This document shows positions 54,598-64,000 of a stretch of 64,000 nt of DNA, piece by piece. The notes below the pieces were generated by a model. That model saw nothing but the letters and a program-made list of their open reading frames with translations. It was not told the DNA's origin and ran no database searches. This stretch comes from Octopus vulgaris (Eukaryota), in assembly GCA_951406725.2 (NCBI GenBank), contig OX597821.1:23126001-23190000 (forward strand), read 5' to 3'. The position numbers and the translations under genes were made by a program. Position 1 is the stretch's first letter; each line of letters begins with the position of its first letter.

Positions 54598-54693
54598 AAT
54601 AATAATAATAATAATAACAATGAATAAACACCTGTGTCTATAAAATAGACAAAACAAAGAAACATACAGTTACAAATAAAGATGTCTTCTCAC

Positions 54694-54876
54694 CTGCTCC
54701 AATCTGGATGAGTTACGCTCATAAACAATATCATTAGAGCCATTGATTGGATTAATGACCGAGCCACTGACATCAGGGGGTGTACAGGGTGGGTTGTGGT
54801 GGTACATAAGCCGGTTGTCTCTCGAAGTGAGGGAGAGTAACATTTCAGCGGCATCACGCTCGGTATCATTGCATTC
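54694..54876 (-). CDS. KLF10: KLF10/11 (cabut)-like factor, exon with Sin3-interaction-like helix
   Basis: Acceptor TTTTTGCAG|GAA, donor CAG|GTGAGA; 183 nt, phase 0; ERDAAEMLLSL and PCTPP motifs. Confidence 0.85.
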
Positions 54877-55244
54877 CTGCAAAAAGAGAGAACAATAAGA
54901 TATACATATATGAAATATACACTCACACACATTTTGGATTTTTATTTGCATTCATAACAACCCTCATTGCTAATTGAACTATAAAAAAGACTTTTTTCAT
55001 TTTGTTGAACTTTGATACGGGAAAACAACATTCAATGCCAATAAATTGCTATTGTTTCTGACAGTTGTTTGTTTTATACCTACATCCAGATCCTTGGATC
55101 TTACAATTACACATCAATATATATCTATATATATATATTGCAAACGAAAATATAAATTTTGAGCACAGTAGAAGCTGTAAGGACAGTAGAGAAAGATTGT
55201 GTATTTATCCTTTATAAGACAAAAAAGTTGCTATGATGATGATG

Positions 55245-55560
55245 ATCATCATCGTTTAACGTCCGCTTTCCATGCTAGCATGGGTCGGACGGTTCAACCA
55301 GGGATCTGGGAAGCCAGAAGGCTACACCAGGCTCCAGTCTTATCTGGCAGTGTTTCTACAGCTGGATGCCCTTCCTAACGCCAACCACTCCGTGAGTGTA
55401 GTGGGTGCTTTTTACGTGCCACCTGCACAGGTGCCAGGCAAGGCTGGCAACGGCCACGGTCAGATTGGTGCATTTTACGTGCCACCGGCACGGAAGCCAA
55501 TCAAGGCGGTGCTGGCATCAGCCACGATTTGGATAGTGCTTTTTACGTACCACCAGTCCA
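55245..55560 (-). mobile_element. RTE 3' fragment
   Basis: Matches RTE 3' terminus; further copies at 56398-56585 and 56617-56770. Confidence 0.85.
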
Positions 55561-57392
55561 GGGGTCCTGGCATATTTATATATATATATATATATATATA
55601 GGAGAGGAAAAAATAGTAAGGTAGAATGCTAAATTAAAGTAAATTTTAATAAAAATGGGGGTATGAAAAATTAAAAAAAGAAATAAAACGGCTTCCATTG
55701 CAAGGCAAATTTTCAAGATTTGGAAGGAGAAAAATTTTTTTTTAAATTGAGGAAGGGGAAAAAAAAATAAATTTACAATGTTTTTTTCAAAAAAATAATA
55801 AAAATATACAAAAATTAATAAATAAGTATAAACAAGTACACAATATATATACATATCATCATTTAATGTCCCTTTTTCTGTGCTGATATGGATTGCATGG
55901 TACTACAGGAACTGTTGAACAAGAGGACTGCAACAAGCTCAATGCCAACCATATTAGAGTGTATTGGATGCTTCTTACCTGGCACTGACACTAGTGAGAT
56001 CACAAGGTAACTTGCAAGACAAGACAACTCCTGGCCTGAGTATTGAAGGGGGGGGGGGGGCAATTTTATGCCAGATTATGAGGCTAAAAAATATGACACA
56101 GGGGACAGTAACAGGTGTTTTACTATAGGGAGACATCAGTTCCCGCAGCTGGAAGACAAGAAGGATGATGATGAAAGGGTGTCAGAGTAAGAGGTAGGTG
56201 AATATAAAGAGAAGTGGTATGGAGGGCATGGGGCATAAGTAAGTACATGGGAGGCAGATGGACAGGGATAAAGGGAAAAGCAGAAGAAATAGGTGTGTGT
56301 TAGGAGGGCAGTAAGTTAGCAGCAAAGATGATGTGAAGTGTGTGGGTAATGACAGGGATGTACAGTACCATATATATATATATATATATATATATATCAT
56401 CATCATTTAGCATCCGCTTTCCATGCTGGCATGGGTTGGACGGTTCAACTGGGGTCTGGGAAGCCAGAAGGCTGCATCAGGCCCAGTCTGATCTGGTAGT
56501 GTTTCTACGCCTGGATGCCCTTCCTAACGCCAACCACTCCATGAGTGTAGTGGGTGCTTTTTACGTGCCACCCACACAGGTGCCAGACAGATACATATAT
56601 ATATATATATATAAAATCATCATCATTTAACGTCTGTTTTTCATGGGTTGGATAGTTTGACTGGAGTTGGTAAAGTGAGGGTCTGCACCAGGTTCCATTG
56701 TCTGTTTTGGTTTGGTTTCTATGGCTGGATGCCCTTCCTAATGCCAACCACTCCACAGTGTATAGGGTGCTTTCTATGTAGCATCAGCATCAGTGCTTTT
56801 AATGTGCCATATATATATATATATATACACGCCACATTAAAAGCGACGTGAAATGAGACGAAAAAGACGTGAAATGAAGTGTTTTGTTCAGGAACACAAA
56901 GCGTCACCTGGTCAAGGAATTGAAACCACAATCTTACAATCATGAGTCACCTCCTCCCAGAACATAAATGGATTCACTTAAATGCCAGAAGTCATTTTGT
57001 TTGATACTCTACCAATTCAAATCAGAAATTGGCTTACCCAGGGAACAACAGACATTGCACCTAACATATATACAGAAATAATTATGTATATACAATCTAC
57101 AGGTAATATTACGTTAGGTGGTGTAAGGAAATATGCACATAGAGTTAGTGCTCAGATTGACTAAAAAGAAGAAACAAGGATGTCCTAACAGCCTAACGAA
57201 GATTGGCTGCAGGCAGTATTTCAGTTGAGCAGGCACATGTATATTATAATCAAAACATAAACAGGAAAACGACTGGTGTCAAGTCAATCTATACGGCTGT
57301 AATAATTCTACCCTTATGTTTAAATAAATAAATGCCATAATCTGAACTGTTCTTTCCTTGTTTATAATTTTATTATACAAACATAATATATA

Positions 57393-57708
57393 GGCGCAGG
57401 AGTGGCTGTGTGGTAAGTAGCTTGCTTACCAACCACATGGTTCCGGGTTTAGTCCCACTGTGTGGCACCTTGGGCAAGTGTCTTCTACTATAGCCTCGGG
57501 CCGACCAAAGCCTTGTGAGTGGATTTGGTAGACGGAAACTGAAAGAAGCGTGTGTGTGTTTATGTCCCCATCACTTAGCGGTTCGGCAAAAAAGACCAAT
57601 AGAATAAGTACTGGGCTTACAAAAGAATAAGTCCTGGGGTCGAGTTGCTCGATTAAAGGCGGTGCTCCAGCATGGCCGCAGTCAAATGACTGAAACAAGT
57701 AAAAGAGT
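57393..57708 (+). mobile_element. SINE family A (internal deletion)
   Basis: Sequence match. Confidence 0.88.
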
Positions 57709-57725
57709 ATACGTACACCAACAAA

Positions 57726-57883
57726 CAGGGGCGGACTGAGAGCATTAAGAGCCCTCTGGCATAACTGTTTACCGGGCCCCTTTGAATGTGTGTTTTAGTA
57801 GAATTAACATGTAGAGTGCGGGCCCCTCAGAGCTCCAGGCCCTCGAGCAGTGCCCGATTGACCGACGGCTCAGTCCGCCCCTG
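57726..57883. mobile_element. Small MITE with TIR CAGGGGCGGACTGAG
   Basis: CAGGGGGCGGACTGAG ... CTCAGTCCGCCCCTG; no clear TSD. Confidence 0.6.
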
Positions 57884-57916
57884 CTTGTAAATGCTGATGA
57901 TTGTCTTTGTTTATGG

Positions 57917-58107
57917 CAGTGCTTTTCAACATTTTTGCTGGGGCGGAAACATTCCACTGGCCCGAGGAACCCCTGTGCAATAATTTAATAGTCTTATGCA
58001 CACATATCAGCAGAGGAGACTTAAAAATTACTGCCGATTTTAGCAGTTTTGTAACTTCTTGCTGAACCCCTGGACTGTACTGGCGGAACCCTGGTTGAAA
58101 ACCACTG
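57917..58107. mobile_element. hAT (Charlie-like) MITE
   Basis: CAGTGCTTTTCAAC ... GTTGAAAACCACTG; TSD GTTTATGG/GTTTATGA. Confidence 0.8.
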
Positions 58108-58488
58108 GTTTATGAAAGTATAGAACAAACACAACGATACGGACAATCGTAACTATTTGCACTATAGGAATATCTGCAAATACTGTCTTTTGTAACCATA
58201 TGTATAATATAGATATGCATATACATCTGCAAATGTGTACCTGTCTACACACACACATAGCAGTTAGGTTTAAAAAACAAATGGTGCGTAAAAAACAACA
58301 GCTTCAATAGATATAGTAAAACAAAGCGGTGGTGGTGATAGCTGTAAGTGTTCTAAGTGACTGTAATGGTTATGGTGGTATGGGTGGTGGTGGTAGTCTT
58401 GTTGTTGTTTAACCCCAGGTCGACTCTGATCGGGAAGACCTAAAATCAAAGGGATTCTAATCGTGATTCTTTTATTGTTTACCCTATA

Positions 58489-58643
58489 GGCGCAGGAGTG
58501 GCTGTGTGGTAAGTAGCTTGCTAACGAACCACATGGTTCCGGGTTCAGTCCCACTGCGTGGCATCTTGGGCAAGTGTCTTCTGCTATAGCCTCGGCCGAC
58601 CAATGCCTTGTGAGTGGATTTGGTAGACGGAAACTGAAAGAAG

Positions 58644-58696
<53 letters not shown>

Positions 58697-58905
58697 ATAT
58701 GTTTGTGTGTCTGTGTTTGTCCCTCTAGCATTGCTTGACAACCGATGCTGGTGTGTTTATGTCCCCGTCACTTAGCGGTTCGGCAAAATAGACCGATAGA
58801 ATAAGTACTGGGCTTACAAAAAGAATAAGTCTCGGGGTCGATTTGCTCTACTAAAGGCGGTGCTCCAGCATGGCCGCAGTCAAATGACTGAAATAAGCAA
58901 AACAG
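58489..58905 (+). mobile_element. SINE family A
   Basis: Full-length match. Confidence 0.9.
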
Positions 58906-59683
58906 AAAAAAACAACAACAATAGAAAACAGTAGGGTGTGATGATTTAAGGGTGATTTGGTTGCTATTTCTAACAGCTCAAGAGCCCACATATGTTCGTT
59001 CCTTCGACGGCTCATAGTAGTGTTGGTGGTAGTAATAGCAGTGGTGGTTGAAGTAGTGATTCATGGCAGTGCGTGGTACGTGGTGCCAATTCAAAATGAA
59101 AAGAAACTGAGTAAACAGTCACACATGCACACCCATGCTCACACACCATACGCACACACATAGAAACACATGACACACGTATATATGTGTACATACAAAA
59201 ACCTATACACACGCACACACACACACACACACACGTTTCTATGCCCACTCACGCACGCACCTATCAACACAGGTGAATCCCCAGGCTGGTTCACTCCATT
59301 TCCTGATCACGTGCTCTTAACTAAGTCAAGCACGCTGTCAATGAGTGATCGTCTCTGACCTCATTCCTCACTTACGTCATCAATACCAGAGCTAACAACA
59401 ACACCGCCGCCGCCGCCACCTGCACCGGATCACCAACCGCTACCGTCGTCACCGTCACCACCACCACCACTACAATTACTACATCGACATCACCACCATC
59501 ATCTCAACCATGTCGCCGCCAACACCACCATCACTATAATGACAATATCAGCAGCAGCAGGAGCAGCACCGCTACCACCGCACTCGCTTCCCCACCACCA
59601 CTACCATGACTAGAAACCTCACCAGCACCACCACCATGTTTAAACTAGTGGTTCTCTGGACTCCCTCGTAGTCATTCAATGCT

Positions 59684-59890
59684 TACTCTTTTACTTGTTT
59701 CAGTCATTTGACTGTGGCCATGCTGGAGCACCGCCTTTAGTCGAGCAAATCCACACCGGGACTTATTCTTTGTAAGCCTAGTACTTATTCAATCGGTCTA
59801 TTTTGCCGAACCGCTAAGTTACGGAGATGTAAACACACCAGCATCGGTTGTCAAGTGATGTTGTGGGGGGGAGGGACAAACACAAACATA
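59684..59890 (-). mobile_element. SINE family A, 3' half
   Basis: Reverse-complement match. Confidence 0.85.
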
Positions 59891-59985
59891 TATATTTATA
59901 TATATATATATATATATATATCATTAATTAATACATTTTAGGGTAGCAAAAAATTCTAGAAAAATTCTCCGCTACCAGCGGTTTT

Positions 59986-60035
<50 letters not shown>

Positions 60036-60095
60036 CGGCAAAATGTCTGTGTGTGTGTGTCCTTTATACAAATCCACAATTTTTCAGTTAGAGGC

Positions 60096-60143
<48 letters not shown>

Positions 60144-60169
60144 ACGTGCGTATGTATGTAGATATGTGT

Positions 60170-60513
60170 GTGTGTGGTAAGAAGCTTGTTTCCCAACCAC
60201 ATGGCTCTGGGTCCAGTCCCACAGAGTGGTACCTTGGGCAAGTGTCTTCTACTTACAGCTTCGGGCTGACCAAAGCCTTGTGAGTGGACATGGTGGTTGG
60301 AAACTGAAAGAAGTCTTTACGTCTGTGTTTGTTCCCCCAACCCTGCTTGACAACAAGTGCTGGAATGCTCACACCCTCGTAACTTAGCGGTTCGGCTAAA
60401 GAGATCGACAGAATAAGTACCAGACTTTAAAAAAAAAGTACTGGGATCGATACATTCGGCTAAAAATTCTCCAAGGCGGTGTCCCAGCATGGCCGCAGTC
60501 TAATGACTGAAAC
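60170..60513 (+). mobile_element. Older SINE family A copy
   Basis: Diverged match. Confidence 0.75.
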
Positions 60514-61528
60514 GTTATGCATTATGCGCGCGCTTGGTTGAAAGAACATTTGTCACACCATTTTATTGCTCAAACACTCCCGTCCTTGACATTTTCATTA
60601 CTGAAGTCTGCCGTCTCTTTATCCATGAGATGGGGTAGTTAGTACCATCTCAAAAAACTCTCTTTACACAATACACAATAGCTAAACCACCGAAATACCC
60701 TGAACTAATATGTCGAACTTCCAATGTTTGCTGTGTCTCTTCATAGACAATCTATCTGGATAACCCAACTCAGTATGGCTAGACGGATCGATACATCACC
60801 CTGTAACTTCCGAGTTAAGTTGTATCACTCATGTGTCAGCCACACACAGACACACGAGGACTGCACAGGAAACTGGTTTGCATAACATGGATGACCAATA
60901 GAACAGCGAAAAGAGAGCTTCTTATGTTGCTCATCGACCCGTTATAAAAAGCAATCAAGTCTCACTCAAATGACGCCCTGCGAAGGGGACATATAATGAA
61001 GTTCATTCTAAATACACCCTGGCATTTAAATAAATAAAACGATGTGGTTAAAAATCAAATATTTTCTCGGGAGTCACTTTTCCACAGCTCAAATCAGTCA
61101 CTATACAAGTCAGAGAAACATTCCTTGTCCAGACCCAATGAAATTAGTTACTCGATCTGCAACGAGCAGTAGTTACATTTCATAGACCATATTCTACAGA
61201 CTAAAAGACAATATTTAAGGCGGGAGGGAAACTTGGTTACTATTTTTAGCAATTTAGCAGGCATGGGCAAATTGAAACCCGCAGGACTTTCTGAATGGAA
61301 ATATCGACGTATTGAATAAGGTACCCCAACCACTTTTAATTATTTTCATTTTCAAACATTTTCTTTGGATTCCTGTTACAATCCCTCCACTTCCCTTCAT
61401 CACCACTCTCAATTTTTCTAGAAGAAAAAAAAATTGGGGGACAGTACTCTACGTTTTAAGGTATATTTTTATAGACATAAAACAGCACACCTTAAAAATT
61501 TTGTAGACATTCAGAGATTCCACACATA

Positions 61529-61907
61529 TCTCTTCTCTCTATATATAAACGGCAGTTTGTCTGTGCGTGTTTCTGTGTGTCTGTTTGCTTGTACCCTCAC
61601 CTTGACCACGGCTTTCAACCGATTCTGATGAAACTTGACACACACATAGCCCAATGTCATAATTCAAAACTAACGCAGCCAAAATTTTGAAAAGTTCCCC
61701 CAGTTCTGAAAAAAATCGATAAATTCGACATGGGGTCGAGAATCAGAAACACGAACCACAAACTGTCTAGGGGACGCAACTCCATCCTTTTAACTCTCAA
61801 AAAAAAATTTACCATCATTTTTTTCCTATTTTTTGGCTATAACTCTCTGAAAATGCTTTATAGTTATTTCCCTTACAAACCTGAGCAACGCCGGGCGATA
61901 CTGCTAG
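61529..61907 (+). mobile_element. Non-autonomous Helitron (second family)
   Basis: TC...TATATATAAACGGCAG start; CCTGAGCAACGCCGGGCGATACTGCTAG|T end. Confidence 0.85.
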
Positions 61908-62470
61908 TTGTTCAATAAATCTTTGAGCCAATAATTTAATTTATCGTTTTATACTTTATAAAAACGATAAAACGCTATACTTTAGGAGTTTTTTTTATAG
62001 ACATTTGGGGATTCTGGTATGTAGTCACTTCTGGTTTGTAATGGGAAGTGGAGTTGCTTACAAACATTAGACAACTTGACCAAATGGCTTCCGGTACAAA
62101 ACGGAAAGGGATCACAGAAATGATATGCTGAAATTTTCGAATATATACAAAAATTCTCAAACATGGTGTTTTATTATTTATATTATATGTTTTAAAATGA
62201 AAATTATGTCATAGGCTTCCTTATTGGCTCAGCTTGAGCAGCGATGCATTTTCATCTTTCCGAGGTCGATAAAATACAAGTACAGGGATCCCTCGAAATT
62301 TCTGGCCGTCTGCCTAAATTGTTTCTAACATAAGCACAAAGTCTGAACTTTGGAGAGAAAAGTAGGCTAGTCGAATAATTAATGCCAAAAGAAACGATTA
62401 TTTCAAGATTATTTAATTGGACAGAATCGGCTCTTTACTTTCTGCGTTCGAAATCCTTTCCGAGGTTAAA

Positions 62471-62839
62471 TCTCTCTCTATATATAAACGGCAGTTTGTC
62501 TGTGTGTGTTTCTGTGTGTCTGTTTGGTTGTACCCTCACCCTGACCACGGCTTTCAACCGATTCTGATGAAACTTGACACACACATAGCCCAATGTCATA
62601 ATTCAAAACTAACGCAGCGAAAATTTTGAAAAGATCCCCCAGTTCTGAAAAAAATCGATAAATTCGACATGGGGTCGAGAATCAGAAACACAAACTGTCT
62701 AGGGGACGCAACTCCACCTTTTTTAACTCTCAAAACAAAATTTACCATCATTTTTTTCCATTTTTTCGCTATAACTCTCTAAAAATGCTTTATAGTTATT
62801 TCCCTTACAAACCTGAGCAACGCCGGGCGATACTGCTAG
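62471..62839 (+). mobile_element. Non-autonomous Helitron (second family), near-identical to 61529-61907
   Basis: A|TCTCTC start, CTAG|T end. Confidence 0.88.
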
Positions 62840-64000
62840 TGGAATATAAACGCGTCAAATACTAGGTCGACATGAACCAACTATATATAAATACATAAAT
62901 AAACCCGCTCGGAAACGTTTTTCTGCATCGTGCTTCTGTTAGAATTCGCATTAATATAAATATTACATCACAACTGCTTGGAGTTATAAATAGAAGGGAG
63001 AAACACCATGTTGTGTGCGTCTGTGACTGCCATCCCAATGGTGTAACTATTACCAAGGCGATGTCTTTGCAGGGGAATCAGGCAATCTATTTAGCAGTGT
63101 TCTGTGTGTAATATTTTCAATAGCCCACCACGCTATCTCCGTATTTAAAGAAATAAAGCATTTGCTTTTTCGTTCGCCTTCCAATATATTTCTTATACTG
63201 ACATTAAAAATATTTTTTATTGGATGGATATATATATATATATATATAAATGAGAGAGAGAGAGAGACTGAGAGAGAGAGAGAGAGAGAGAGAGTGGGGG
63301 GAATACTATCTATGTTTTTGTTTCTACGTGAAGTTACACAATAAAAATAGGTGAACATCAAACTGAAGGATTGTTCAATACTTCTTAGTAGAGTGGCATA
63401 TTTACATTGTTTGCAAGAAAAAGGTTGGCAAGTACTTCGAAGTCCCTGTCAACCTTTTCCCTTGTGCGCGAGAGTGTTGCTACACGATGATTTAATCGGT
63501 TTTGTACGGAAATCAACTCACTTCTCGATGACAGAATACAAAGCAATAAAGGTTTCTAGTTCTAATCCAGTTCACTGCAACTGTGTTACAAAGACACCAG
63601 ATGACGATTGCCTACCAAACCGATATAATTATGGTTGTCTCCTCTCAAAAATATGCTGTTATAATTATAATCGTAATAAGAACTATAGTAATTTCTTACG
63701 TTTGTATAAAGTCAAAAAAATTTGGCGGGGTAAGGTTGAGACCGATTTTTTAATCAAGAGATAACATTCGGCACCGTATTAGCATGTGGTCTACCTGGCC
63801 ATTTACTCTTGAGCATGCAATCTAATACTAAGCCTAACTCAGATTAGGTCATTCCAGAGTAGACAGCACGCCAAACTAACACTTGATATTCATCTTAGAG
63901 CTGATGTAGAGTATTCATGAGCAAACTGCAACCCACAGGCCCTATGTAACCATACATACATAAAGTTTGGTGATGTAAACAGAAAAAATATAATTTAAAA

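Noticed and set aside
59376-59432. Coding first exon of the KLF gene ending at the GTAAGT site
   Set aside because: In the required phase there is a TGA at 59430-59432 and no in-frame ATG before the donor

Overview
AT-rich, microsatellite-dense eukaryotic genomic DNA. The tRNA-derived SINE families and RTE/Dong/Penelope-type content suggest an octopus (coleoid cephalopod) genome; this is an inference. The only recognisable host gene is a spliced KLF10/11 (cabut)-like Kruppel-like factor on the minus strand, with three coding exons at 54876-54694, 53502-52779 and 50848-50613; its first exon was not located. The rest is nested mobile DNA: a young Merlin (IS1016-like) transposon with TIRs, an 8-bp TSD and an open transposase ORF; Dong/R4 fragments in (TAA)n; a DD36E Tc1-like element; a deleted mariner; a decayed RTE LINE with a PHD-like finger; non-autonomous Helitrons; hAT, piggyBac and Tc2-like MITEs; and many SINEs. 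The two most notable structures are (i) a ~368-bp near-perfect palindrome inside the Merlin element that mirrors the upstream region and first 56 codons of the transposase, and (ii) tandem type-I hammerhead ribozyme motifs 497 bp apart (Penelope pLTR/retrozyme-like), with several other hammerhead families sitting in (TA)n tracts. Most ORFs in the supplied track are microsatellite artefacts. Coordinates of decayed repeats are approximate.
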